From assembly GCA_947475005.1 (NCBI GenBank), contig CANJLI010000001.1, positions 5,010 through 69,009 of the forward strand: 64,000 nt of DNA, read 5' to 3'. Within the stretch, counting starts at the first letter, position 1. Each line of letters opens with the position of its first letter. The notes beneath the pieces were generated by a model. It was not told the origin of the DNA, ran no database searches, and saw only the letters and a program-made list of their open reading frames with translations. This DNA is from Deltaproteobacteria bacterium. Its GTDB lineage: Bacteria; Bdellovibrionota_B; Oligoflexia; Oligoflexales; Bog-1112. This document shows, in pieces, positions 1-9,434 of this stretch. The position numbers and the translations under genes were made by a program.

Positions 1-431
1 TGGTCCACGGAGTCCCTGAAACCCGAAGTCGACAGCTAGTAAAAGGCATCGCTGCCGATCAGTCCCGTTGTAGCTTTCATGGGATGGTGCACGTGAAGCC
101 CCATGCCAAAAATGCCTATGGTAAGATGCACAACCACAACCTACTCCTGGATTCTACAGCAGAAGTACAGACAATGCCGTGCTTTCAGATCGAGCACGAT
201 CAGGTAGTCTGCAACCACGGGGCAACGGTGGGGCAGCTGCGTACCGATGAGCTCTTCTACCTACAAGCTCGAGGGATTTTACCTGCTCGAGCCGAACAAT
301 TGCTGAGCCGTGCTTTTATCGAAGAGCCAGCTGCTGAGATCTTGCAACGTCCAGAAGTAGGACCTGCGATCACGGCCTATATCGATGCTTTTTTCACGGG
401 ACGTGCTGCCATCAAGGGGAATACGCCATGA
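1..431 (+). CDS. sufD: Fe-S cluster assembly protein SufD, C-terminal part (5' truncated by window)
   Basis: Frame open from the window start; NLLL...TMPCFQIEHDQVVCNHGATVGQL...FYLQARGI is the SufB/D C-terminal signature; stop overlaps the next ATG (ATGA). Confidence 0.9.
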   Translation, partial: VHGVPETRSRQLVKGIAADQSRCSFHGMVHVKPHAKNAYGKMHNHNLLLDSTAEVQTMPCFQIEHDQVVCNHGATVGQLRTDELFYLQARGILPARAEQLLSRAFIEEPAAEILQRPEVGPAITAYIDAFFTGRAAIKGNTP

Positions 432-910
432 ACAACCAGCTGGAGCTCTACCAACAGGTAATCTTGGAGCACAATCGAAAGCCCAAGAACTTTGGAAAAC
501 TCGACTCTGCGACCCACCGCGCCGAAGGATTCAATCCCATTTGTGGGGATCATTTCTGGGTGGCCTTACAGCTTAATGCCGAAGGGCGTGTGGAAGGGAT
601 CGCCTTTGAGGGCTCCGGTTGTGCCATCTCCAAAGCCTCTGCCTCCATGATGACCGAGGCCGTGAAGGGAAAAACCCAGGCAGACGCCTTGACACTTTGT
701 GCCCAATTTCAACTCCTGGTAAAGGGGGAACCGAAAGAAGGAACCTCCCTTGGGAAGCTAGAAGTTTTCTCCAACATTTGGAAATATCCAGCCCGCGTCA
801 AGTGCGCAGGCCTTGCATGGCATGCCTTACAAGGGGCTTTTGCCAAGACAGCCGTAGTGAGTACCGAGACCGAAGAGGAAGCTGTTACTGAGAAAGGACC
901 TCAATCATGA
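428..910 (+). CDS. sufU: SUF system NifU-family scaffold/sulfur-transfer protein SufU
   Basis: LYQQVILEH...P.NFG, NPICGD, GSGCAIS.ASASMM, PARVKCA.L.WH motifs. Confidence 0.92.
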   Translation: MNNQLELYQQVILEHNRKPKNFGKLDSATHRAEGFNPICGDHFWVALQLNAEGRVEGIAFEGSGCAISKASASMMTEAVKGKTQADALTLCAQFQLLVKGEPKEGTSLGKLEVFSNIWKYPARVKCAGLAWHALQGAFAKTAVVSTETEEEAVTEKGPQS

Positions 911-1455
911 TCCGATTTCGCATTCAAAGCACACCGAACCCCCAAGCTCGTAAGTACATGATCGATCGTCCGCTCAAAACCACGGGGAAGGTCTCCTACA
1001 AACAGGCTGAAGAGTGCCAACATGTGCCCCTTGCCCAGGCCCTTTTGTGCCTTGTAGGGGTTACCCAGGTACATTTTTACCAAAATACGGTAACAATTAC
1101 CCAAGATGGAAGCTTGGAGTGGAGTGTGCTGGATCAGCAGGTTCAACAAGCCATTCGTCAGCTCATGGACTTTCATGATCCTGATTTTCTTGATACTTTA
1201 ACGCCTCCCGTGCAGCGCAAGTTCATTTCCCCCGAGCTTGAAAAAATTGAAGATATCCTCGATCGTACCATTCGACCTGGGTTACAGATGGACGGTGGCG
1301 ACTTAGAACTGGTAGAGTTAGACAATCACTTGCTCACTGTGCGTTACCTCGGTGCGTGCGGGGGTTGCCCAAGCTCCATGACGGGAACCTTGGAAGCGAT
1401 TCGAGGCATCCTCAAAAGCGAGTTTGATGAAAAGATCGAAGTGGTGGCGTTGTGA
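907..1455 (+). CDS. Nfu/NifU-like Fe-S carrier (Nfu_N plus NifU C-terminal domain)
   Basis: QSTPNP N-terminal motif; IRPGLQMDGGD...GACGGCPSS CxxC motif. Confidence 0.9.
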   Translation: MIRFRIQSTPNPQARKYMIDRPLKTTGKVSYKQAEECQHVPLAQALLCLVGVTQVHFYQNTVTITQDGSLEWSVLDQQVQQAIRQLMDFHDPDFLDTLTPPVQRKFISPELEKIEDILDRTIRPGLQMDGGDLELVELDNHLLTVRYLGACGGCPSSMTGTLEAIRGILKSEFDEKIEVVAL

Positions 1456-1958
1456 ACCTTACCGCTAAAAGTCGCTATGCCCTCAAAATCATGATGGACC
1501 TTGCCGTTCATGAAGAGGAAGGCCACCAGCAACGGGCCAAGATGGCAGCGCGCCAAGCGGTTCCCCTCGAGTTTATGGACCAAGTTCTCAGTCGATTGCG
1601 AGAACACGGTCTTGTGGTGAGTTTTCGAGGTCGAAATGGAGGCGTGGCCTTGAGTCGCACGCCAGCCGAAATCAACTTGTGGGACATCTTCGTTGCAGTG
1701 GAAGATCGATTTTTCCCTGTACTGTGTGTCCAAGACAATCACTTGTGCAGAGGAGAAGCACAGTGCATATCTTCAGAAGCATGGACAGATGTTTATGCGG
1801 AGCTCCAAGGGGTATTAAAGGGAAAAACCCTCAAAGCCCTGGTGGCCAAGTGGGAAGGCCGACGCCCTCCGATTGGGACTGAAATGAAAAACCCCCCAAT
1901 CTGCCGAGGCTCTCAAGCTGGACGACGCAATGAAGCGGAGCCAGCTCTTTCATCCTGA
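1452..1958 (+). CDS. Rrf2-family transcriptional regulator (IscR-like)
   Basis: SRYAL..M.DLA, RGRNGGV.L wing, three Cys (C-x6-C-x5-C); GTG start overlapping the nfu stop. Confidence 0.88.
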   Translation: MNLTAKSRYALKIMMDLAVHEEEGHQQRAKMAARQAVPLEFMDQVLSRLREHGLVVSFRGRNGGVALSRTPAEINLWDIFVAVEDRFFPVLCVQDNHLCRGEAQCISSEAWTDVYAELQGVLKGKTLKALVAKWEGRRPPIGTEMKNPPICRGSQAGRRNEAEPALSS

Positions 1959-2035
1959 TGCAGAGCATCAGAACTACATACACAAACATTTCACATCCCG
2001 TGAAATGTAATTTTTAACTGGTCATTGGTACACAT

Positions 2036-3823
2036 ATGGATCTCTTACTCAGCTGCCACAAAGTCGGCAAAACCTTTGGTTCTACCCCGTTATTCACGGA
2101 TTTAAGTTTTGGTATCTACCAACGCGATCGCGTGGGCCTTATCGGTGCGAACGGCGCAGGCAAAAGTACCTTGCTCAAGATTATGGCAGGTGAGATGGAG
2201 CCAGATGCGGGACGCGTAACGCTCAAAACAAACACCAAAACCAACTACGTGCCCCAGACACCTCAGTTTCGACCTGAGCAGACAGTTATGGAAGCTGCCA
2301 TGGAAGCTGCAGAGAAAGCAGGCGTGCACGAGCATGACCTCATGGTGGAAGTTTCCATCGCTTTGGGGCAATTGGGATTTACAGACTGGGAGCAACCGGT
2401 GGGCGCCCTCTCTGGGGGATGGAAGAAACGCTTGGCCATCGGATGCGGTACCTTGGGAGAGCCGGACCTGGTGTTCTTCGATGAGCCTACCAACCATCTC
2501 GATTGGGAAGGCTTGTTATGGCTTGAAGGGTTCTTGCAAAAAGCCCCTTTCGCATGGATTGCCATTAGTCACGATCGATACTTACTCACCAAAACCGTAC
2601 AACGAGTCATCGAAATTGATTCGCGTTTAGAAGATGGTCTGCTTGAAACCGATGGTGCCTATGATGCTCACGTAGAAAAGAAGGAAGCGCTTCTTTCCGG
2701 TTTGCTCGAGCGTCAAGATCGCCTTGAAAATACATTTAAAATCGAGCAAGAGTGGTCGAGGCGAGGACCCAAAGCCCGAGGCACCAAGGCAAAATACCGC
2801 ATGGATGGCGTGGAGGAGAAGAAGGGAGAGCTTGCCGACCTGCGTCGACGGAATCAAACTCAATCTCTCGGTATCGAGTTTCTCTCCAGTGGACGGAAAA
2901 CAAAAACTTGGATCGAACTGAAAGATGTAAGTTTGTCTCGAGGGGAAAATCACCTCATTGAAAAGCTGAACTTCACTTTGGCTTCAAAAATGATCGTGGG
3001 TATTTTGGGGGCCAATGGGGCAGGAAAATCCAGCCTCCTCCAGCTTCTTACGGGTGCACAAACACCGACAGAAGGGACAATTAAGCGCGCTGAGAATTTG
3101 CGCGTGTTATACATGGAACAAGAGCGAGAGAGCTTGCCTCTTACAGCTACCTTGCGCAGCGCCTTGGCTGAACACGGGGACCAAGTGGTGGTACAGGGCC
3201 AATCAGTCCATGTGGTCACCTGGGCCAAACGATTTGGATTTGCAGCTCATCAACTCGACACCTTGGTACATAAATTATCTGGAGGAGAACAAGCTCGTTT
3301 GCTATTGGCGCGCTTGTTGACCCACGAAGCCGATGTACTCCTTCTCGATGAACCGACCAACGATCTCGATATTGGAACGTTGGAAGAGCTCGAAAGATGC
3401 CTCGAGCTCTTCTCGGGTACTGTCGTACTTGTTACCCACGATCGATACTTGATCAGTCGACTGTGCACCCACTTTTTAGGATTCACAGAAAAAGGAGTGT
3501 TGGCGCCTTTTGCAAGTTTGGAGCAATGGCTAAAAGACTTTGCTGACTTGTCCAACGGAGGGGGAAAGAAAAAGTCTGCTGCGATTGCGACACCGGAAGC
3601 ACCTGCAGAGCCTAATAAGAAGAAACGTTCCTACAAAGAACAGCGAGAATGGGACACCATCGAAGCGAGTATCGCAAAAGCGGAAGCAGAGCTCGCAGCG
3701 CTGGAGGCACAGCTCGCACAACCAGGGCTCAGCTCTGGAGCTCTACAAAAACTTTGCCCAGAGATTGAAGCGAAGCGCATCGAGATCGAACGCTTGTTTC
3801 AACGATGGAGCGAGTTGGAATAG
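2036..3823 (+). CDS. ABC-F family ATPase (Uup-like)
   Basis: Two ABC cassettes (GANGAGKS, LSGG, DEPTN, SHDR/THDR), no TM segments, C-terminal coiled coil ending ...FQRWSELE. Confidence 0.92.
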   Translation: MDLLLSCHKVGKTFGSTPLFTDLSFGIYQRDRVGLIGANGAGKSTLLKIMAGEMEPDAGRVTLKTNTKTNYVPQTPQFRPEQTVMEAAMEAAEKAGVHEHDLMVEVSIALGQLGFTDWEQPVGALSGGWKKRLAIGCGTLGEPDLVFFDEPTNHLDWEGLLWLEGFLQKAPFAWIAISHDRYLLTKTVQRVIEIDSRLEDGLLETDGAYDAHVEKKEALLSGLLERQDRLENTFKIEQEWSRRGPKARGTKAKYRMDGVEEKKGELADLRRRNQTQSLGIEFLSSGRKTKTWIELKDVSLSRGENHLIEKLNFTLASKMIVGILGANGAGKSSLLQLLTGAQTPTEGTIKRAENLRVLYMEQERESLPLTATLRSALAEHGDQVVVQGQSVHVVTWAKRFGFAAHQLDTLVHKLSGGEQARLLLARLLTHEADVLLLDEPTNDLDIGTLEELERCLELFSGTVVLVTHDRYLISRLCTHFLGFTEKGVLAPFASLEQWLKDFADLSNGGGKKKSAAIATPEAPAEPNKKKRSYKEQREWDTIEASIAKAEAELAALEAQLAQPGLSSGALQKLCPEIEAKRIEIERLFQRWSELE

Positions 3824-3856
3824 AGAGTAATACAACCCTTTTGATGGAGCTATCCA

Positions 3857-4504
3857 ATGAGAAGCAAAATTCGAACCTACGCACTGTCTCTTTTGTTTAC
3901 CTGTACCATGGGTACTCTTTTTGCGGAAACCCATGCTGATGCAGACAACACCTACTATCTGAACGCTACCCAAGTCGAGTTTATTTCAGCTCATCCTCAG
4001 CTGTTGGCTTACATTGGGCAGCTGCAGAACGGGCTCACGCCACAACAAATTGCAACTCAATACCACTTGACTCCAAAAAGCCAACAATCCTACCTGTCCC
4101 ATCTAGAAAAGTTAAAGCTAATTACCAAGAGCAAAGACGGACAGGTTGCCTTGGTATTTGGCACAAGACCCTTTAGTTGGAAATCCACCGACGAGAAACT
4201 CGGAAAAACAGTAGGCATGGAAATGACCCAAGAGCTGCATGACACCGTCATGAAAAAACTTAAAGCTGGTGGGAAAAATGATGAATTGAACGAGTTTGAT
4301 TCTCTTGTGGGCTTTCGTCTCACAGACGATCAGCTGAAAGAGTTGAACAAAGAAATTCATGCTCTAAAAGAAAAATATTTTGCCATCTCCGTGGAAAATA
4401 AAAATAAGGCGAAAGAAGAAATCAAACCAGCTGGATTTTATGCCGCGACTTTACACAACTGGCAACCAGGTGTCTTCACCGACGTAAAAAACATCGATTT
4501 TTAA
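3857..4504 (+). CDS. Hypothetical exported protein with wHTH-like core
   Basis: Signal-peptide-like N-terminus followed by LTPQQIATQYHLT...YLSHLEKLKLI. Confidence 0.6.
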   Translation: MRSKIRTYALSLLFTCTMGTLFAETHADADNTYYLNATQVEFISAHPQLLAYIGQLQNGLTPQQIATQYHLTPKSQQSYLSHLEKLKLITKSKDGQVALVFGTRPFSWKSTDEKLGKTVGMEMTQELHDTVMKKLKAGGKNDELNEFDSLVGFRLTDDQLKELNKEIHALKEKYFAISVENKNKAKEEIKPAGFYAATLHNWQPGVFTDVKNIDF

Positions 4505-4524
4505 ACCTTCGCTCTTATCCTCTA

Positions 4525-7335
4525 CTACTTCCAACAGTTTTGTAATGCTTTTGCAGTATCATTGTTTTCATATTTTTCAAGATAATCGCTGCATTGGCTA
4601 GTCAGGGTTCCGTTTTGTACCGTTTGCACATGGAGCAACCGAAACAAAATTGAGCTATGAGGATCGGAAAAAAGTGGGAAATTAGCCAACCGCCTTTCTT
4701 GGACTGTACCGAAGAGTTGACAGCCCACATTTGAATGACTTGATTTCGCAGAAATCAGATCTGCAAAATCTTCGGCCCAATAAAACCCAGATTGGAGGGT
4801 TTGCCCAGAAAAAGTCCACGGAATAGGGTGCGCCAGCACTTCTGGATGTAGCCCCTTCAAACAACCAACCAATTTTGTATATCGATCCTTATTTTCCGGC
4901 TGCTGCAGGAGTTCTCTATTTGCATCAATGATATGCCCAATTTCGTGGCTCAAGACAGAAACACCATCATCATAGAATAAGGTAGGCAAGCTTATTGACA
5001 CGAAAGTCGCTTTACGGATCACATGATCACTGTACTCGTCATAATGAGTTAATTGCACAGGGGTCACCAGATTTTTTAATTTCATAGCCGCTGGATCAAG
5101 CAAGCGTAGCGTCAAAAATCTATCCACTGTAGAAATTCCATGATTTTTATTCAACTGAATCAAACGATTAATTTTAAAAATCGCGTTAATTGCATATTCT
5201 TCTTTTGTTGGTGGCAAAATCAAATCAACTTTATTCAATTTTTGAAATAATTTTATCTCAGAAGAAAAAAGACTTTTGATTTTATCAAAAACTCCTTCCA
5301 GAACCGTTTTTAACCTCTCCTGTAATAGCCGTTTCTGTCCATGATCCTTTGGCAAGGAAGCATAACTTTTATCGAATGAGTTTAAAAAATTTGATTTTTC
5401 TACTTTTTTAAACTCATCCGTAAAATTTGATTCCTTTTCTTTCATCGATTGAATGATCGATACTTTCCCTTTATCCCATAACTTCGATTTTTCTGAAGTC
5501 CAAGTTGAGATTAGAAGAGGAAAATCCAATGCAGCAACTTTTGTTTGTAACTCTACATCCTGAATAATATCAAGATACAAATCCTGAAAAAAAGCTGACT
5601 TCATTTGAGCAAACGACTCTGACACTGCTTCTGATCGCTCGTTATTCGCGCTGTATTCAGAGGCATGCAACTTGGAAAACAGCTCAATCCGAGATTTTTC
5701 CAATCGTTCGTAAATAAATAGAGAAAGGGAAGAAAAACTTTTTTCATCTGAGTAATTCACACCGAAATGCTGGTCTCGATTTTTTACAACAACAGAATAT
5801 TTCTCTATATGTGAGTAGATGTCTTTTATTACAGCAGATAAATCAGATCCCCCCATCTGCATCGACATCTCTAAAATCTTAGAGGAAGAAGAATCGGTAT
5901 GTAATGCAATAAAAAGGTTATAAATAATCCAAATTTTTTCCTGTGGTGTTAATTTTGCAACCTCTTCTTTTGTGGGAATTAATTCCAACTGTTGAATTTG
6001 AGTTAAAAATAGTCGGTGACTTGATTCGTGTAATTCATCTAGTGATCTTTCGATTTTTTTCCTACGAGTAGATCCAACTTCTTCCTCTTTTTTGCAGGAA
6101 TCCCCATGGCATTGTTGAATACGATCAAATACGACGGCCTGTTTATCTAAGACAGATTCTCCACAGATACTTGCCACACACCGGTTATATTCCAGTTGAT
6201 CATCAGGAAGACCAAAAACCTCATTTTTTAATAAAGAAAGTCCAAATTTAGCAAAAATACCTTCTGCTGCTTCTTTTGCATATGCCTCAGGTGAAGCTGG
6301 GTATATCTTTCTTAATTCAGCTGACCGGAATGAAAGAGATTTCGGAATAGAGAAAGCAGATAATTTTGAGTTGGAAAAAACCTTAAATTCTTTTAAGCTA
6401 TTAAAAATTCCATTCACAGAAATCGTTTTTAAATTTTCATTGTCGGAAATAGACACCACCTTTAACAAAGGAAGTTCTTCAATTTCTACGGTTAAAAGGT
6501 TCGGGTTTCCATCCAGGGAAATTTTTTCCAGCGAAATTAAGTTCGCGGGTATTTTTATCTGCGTGAGGTTCGCAACTCCATAAAAGAAGATCTCCTTTAA
6601 ACGAGGGAGATCCCCTATAAATTCAATTGTAGAAACAATGGCTTTATCATTAAGAACCAAGATCCCATCCTGTGGGATATCATGATTTTCTATACTCAAA
6701 TTCGATTTCCCATCCAACCCACCGCGAGAGGCTTCTGGTGGCCCCTGAATATAGAGTCCCATTTCCTTAACTGCTGCCTCGGCAAGATTTTCAGGGGTTT
6801 TTAATGGTACAGGAGTCAAAGCAGGAGATCGCTGTAGAAGCGAATCTGATAACTGAAGCGTTTCTAACTTCCTCGGTCGAAAAAATGGAATGTGAGCATC
6901 CAGCCGTGGAAATTCTCCTATGAGAGAAAGAGATCTAAGTTGGGCGGTCGAAAAAATCTTTAACTGTTGTAAACTGGAGAAACTTCCTTGTAACTTAATA
7001 GTAACCAATTCAACATCGAATAAAACAACGATCCTGTTTAATACAGGAAAGTTGCCATCAAGAAAAAGAGATGACAACTTTAAATTTTTATCTATTTCTA
7101 TTTCTACTAATTTTTCGAAATCCCCTCGTAGTTCCAGGCTAGTAATCTCAGATGACCCAATCTTTAATATTCCGTCCATTGGAATATCTGTTGGTTTTAC
7201 AACCAAACTCACATTTTCTTTGGAAGGAGTTATTTTTCCCCCAACAGGAAGGGAAATCTGTTCTGAAGCGGACACACTACTGCACCAAAGTATGATCCAA
7301 ATCCAACGGCTTAGTTGAAAACCAAAGGTTTTCAT
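4525..7335 (-). CDS. Secreted LRR-like protein with C-terminal M13/gluzincin-like zinc metallopeptidase domain
   Basis: Signal peptide; LxxLxIxxNxxL repeats in the N-terminal third; HEIGH...AEDFAD...DPHSSILFR near the C-terminus. Confidence 0.7.
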   Translation of the reverse strand: MKTFGFQLSRWIWIILWCSSVSASEQISLPVGGKITPSKENVSLVVKPTDIPMDGILKIGSSEITSLELRGDFEKLVEIEIDKNLKLSSLFLDGNFPVLNRIVVLFDVELVTIKLQGSFSSLQQLKIFSTAQLRSLSLIGEFPRLDAHIPFFRPRKLETLQLSDSLLQRSPALTPVPLKTPENLAEAAVKEMGLYIQGPPEASRGGLDGKSNLSIENHDIPQDGILVLNDKAIVSTIEFIGDLPRLKEIFFYGVANLTQIKIPANLISLEKISLDGNPNLLTVEIEELPLLKVVSISDNENLKTISVNGIFNSLKEFKVFSNSKLSAFSIPKSLSFRSAELRKIYPASPEAYAKEAAEGIFAKFGLSLLKNEVFGLPDDQLEYNRCVASICGESVLDKQAVVFDRIQQCHGDSCKKEEEVGSTRRKKIERSLDELHESSHRLFLTQIQQLELIPTKEEVAKLTPQEKIWIIYNLFIALHTDSSSSKILEMSMQMGGSDLSAVIKDIYSHIEKYSVVVKNRDQHFGVNYSDEKSFSSLSLFIYERLEKSRIELFSKLHASEYSANNERSEAVSESFAQMKSAFFQDLYLDIIQDVELQTKVAALDFPLLISTWTSEKSKLWDKGKVSIIQSMKEKESNFTDEFKKVEKSNFLNSFDKSYASLPKDHGQKRLLQERLKTVLEGVFDKIKSLFSSEIKLFQKLNKVDLILPPTKEEYAINAIFKINRLIQLNKNHGISTVDRFLTLRLLDPAAMKLKNLVTPVQLTHYDEYSDHVIRKATFVSISLPTLFYDDGVSVLSHEIGHIIDANRELLQQPENKDRYTKLVGCLKGLHPEVLAHPIPWTFSGQTLQSGFYWAEDFADLISAKSSHSNVGCQLFGTVQERRLANFPLFSDPHSSILFRLLHVQTVQNGTLTSQCSDYLEKYENNDTAKALQNCWK

Positions 7336-7556
7336 AGCATGACCTCCAAAAATAGAATGTACACCATTATACTACGGAATCGTCCCGTCACATTTTCCGA
7401 TTCTATCGGATCTAGTAGGAAAAAAGAAAACGACCAACTGCATGAGTAGCAAGGAAAATCTAAAATTGTAACCACTTGTTTTGGTTTTGCTTTTCAATCC
7501 GCCATTGACATCCGCCGTTTACAGGAAGAAACTCCGCCATCACAACTGGAGATCAT

Positions 7557-7592
7557 ACACTGATCCCATACTTACACTGATCCCATACTTAC
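7557..7592. repeat. 17-bp tandem duplication (acactgatcccatactt x2) just upstream of the LRR gene RBS
   Basis: Read directly from the sequence. Confidence 0.9.
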
Positions 7593-7602
7593 GGAGAATT
7601 TT

Positions 7603-8646
7603 ATGTGTAATTTTAGGACAATGGCTCTGCTCTTTCTCGCTGTTATTTCTAAACAGGGTTGGGCAGCTGATTGGCAAGCTGCAGGACTGGCTAGGGACCA
7701 TCACCGGGCAGAGCAAGCAGCCAGGGAACAGCGGGAATGTCAGGACAAAGTGGCAGCTTTTGTGGCCAACCCCACCCTAACCACACTTGACTTTAAGGGC
7801 GCTTTTGGGATTGGACCTGAGGGAGCAAGACAGCTAGCAGAGGTTCTTCGGACAAATCCCCCCCTAACCACACTTGTCCTTTCCACACCCCGTCGCTTCT
7901 GCATCGGCGCTGCCGGAGCGGCAGCAATAGCAAATGCCCTTATGGAAAATCATGTCCTCACAATACTTGACCTTAATGGCGACTTCATCACAGATGATGG
8001 GGTGATAGCACTGGCAGCGGCACTGAGGGTAAATAGAACACTCCACACACTTGACCTTAGTGACAACGACATCGAAGATGGTGGGGCGATAGCACTGGCA
8101 GCGGCACTGAGGGTAAATGGAACACTCCGCACACTTGACCTTTGTAGTCTCAAGATTGGAGTTCCCGGAGTGACTGCGCTGGCAAATGCCCTTGAGCAAA
8201 ATGGCGTTCTCACCACACTCAAACTTTCCCCTAGGATCGGAAATGAGGGAGTCAATGTTCTCGCAGCTGCACTTATGAGAAATAACACTCTCACCACACT
8301 TGACCTTAACGGCTACGGGATGCCGCGTCCTAGTAAGATAGGAGCTGAGGGAGTAATAGCGCTTGCAGCTGCCCTTAAGGGTAATTTAACTCTCACCACA
8401 CTTATTCTTGAAAACAACCAGCTCAGCGAAGATGAAGATGTAGAAACCGCAGGAGGCAAAGCACTGGCAGAGATCCGCACCCGCCTAGAGAGGAACAAAA
8501 GGTTTGATACGATGCGCCCATCTATTTTTGCGAGCATAATGGGTGCTCGTCGCTTTCTACCACTGTTGCCACCTGAAATTTTTGTGGATTATATTATAAT
8601 AGACTTATTAATCTATACGGCACCGCCAGCCCCAACTGATGCATAA
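7603..8646 (+). CDS. Secreted RI/NLR-type leucine-rich repeat protein with possible C-terminal F-box-like motif
   Basis: Signal peptide; ~28-aa repeats LxxNxTLxxLDLxxNxIxxxGxxALAxA; ends FLPLLPPEIFVDYII. Confidence 0.8.
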   Translation: MCNFRTMALLFLAVISKQGWAADWQAAGLARDHHRAEQAAREQRECQDKVAAFVANPTLTTLDFKGAFGIGPEGARQLAEVLRTNPPLTTLVLSTPRRFCIGAAGAAAIANALMENHVLTILDLNGDFITDDGVIALAAALRVNRTLHTLDLSDNDIEDGGAIALAAALRVNGTLRTLDLCSLKIGVPGVTALANALEQNGVLTTLKLSPRIGNEGVNVLAAALMRNNTLTTLDLNGYGMPRPSKIGAEGVIALAAALKGNLTLTTLILENNQLSEDEDVETAGGKALAEIRTRLERNKRFDTMRPSIFASIMGARRFLPLLPPEIFVDYIIIDLLIYTAPPAPTDA

Positions 8647-8682
8647 ACCAACTTTGTAGTAATCTTATGTGTCTGGCATTCT

Positions 8683-8778
8683 GGATGAGATCGGGGACAC
8701 TCGCATCGGGTGTCCCCGCAGAATTATGGAGTGCCCCCTTAAGGAAGCGCCATTCGGTGCGTGTCCCTGATCTCATCC
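8683..8778. repeat. REP-like family A composite palindrome (GGATGAGATC-GGGACA...TGTCCC-GATCTCATCC)
   Basis: Inverted termini; internal segments shared with the elements near 21578-21598, 47603-47689 and 48123-48212. Confidence 0.8.
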
Positions 8779-9324
8779 CTTCCCGGTGTAGTGAATAATA
8801 TTGTGAAAACATGCGATCCTTGATGTTGTATTTCGATATCCATGGGGTTGATGCGCATCGAAGCGAAGGCCTTTTCCCTTCTGCAACGTTTTCCATGCGC
8901 CTTGTAAGAACACCTCCATGGTTCCCTCCACCACCACAATATGTTCAATAATTCCAGACTCATGTGGAGCAGATAGTTGCTCATAGCCAGGGGGAAGTTG
9001 AATGATAAAAATTTCACATTTCAATTCTGGATCAAAGGGAAAGATCGGATTCACATACATCTTGCTCCCAACTGAAGGCAAATGCTCCGGCTCAGTGGGG
9101 TTGTGTAGTAAATGAGGTTCTTCTAGAAAAACAGAAAAAGGGACATGAAACCCATTCACGATTTTCCATAAGGTAGCAATGGTTGGACTCGATTCCCCCC
9201 GTTCGATTTGGCCCAACATAGCTTTACTGACCCCAGTTTCCTGGGCAGTTCGATCCAAACTCCAGCCCAGTTCTTTCCGTAACTTCTTTAAATGATAAGC
9301 GATATTTTTGCTGACTGGGGTCAT
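8773..9324 (-). CDS. XRE-family HTH regulator with cupin sensor domain (SutR/YdcN-like)
   Basis: WSLDRTAQETGVSKAMLGQIERGESSPTIATLWKI; cupin H..G..EH...H.Y.N. Start placed at 9324 because the longer ORF overlaps the operator palindromes. Confidence 0.9.
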   Translation of the reverse strand: MTPVSKNIAYHLKKLRKELGWSLDRTAQETGVSKAMLGQIERGESSPTIATLWKIVNGFHVPFSVFLEEPHLLHNPTEPEHLPSVGSKMYVNPIFPFDPELKCEIFIIQLPPGYEQLSAPHESGIIEHIVVVEGTMEVFLQGAWKTLQKGKGLRFDAHQPHGYRNTTSRIACFHNIIHYTGKG

Positions 9325-9347
9325 AAACAGCTCATAGCGAAAAGGGT

Positions 9348-9402
9348 TGTGCGTTATAGCATACAATGGCAGTATGAGCCTCATTGTACGTTATAACGCA
9401 CA
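9348..9402. promoter_or_regulatory. Two 18-bp imperfect palindromes, probable operators of the XRE-cupin regulator
   Basis: TGTGCGTTATAGCATACA (9348-9365) and TGTACGTTATAACGCACA (9385-9402) between the divergent genes. Confidence 0.7.
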
Positions 9403-9434
9403 GCTTGCAAAGCAGTATATAAAGGAGCTCTCAG

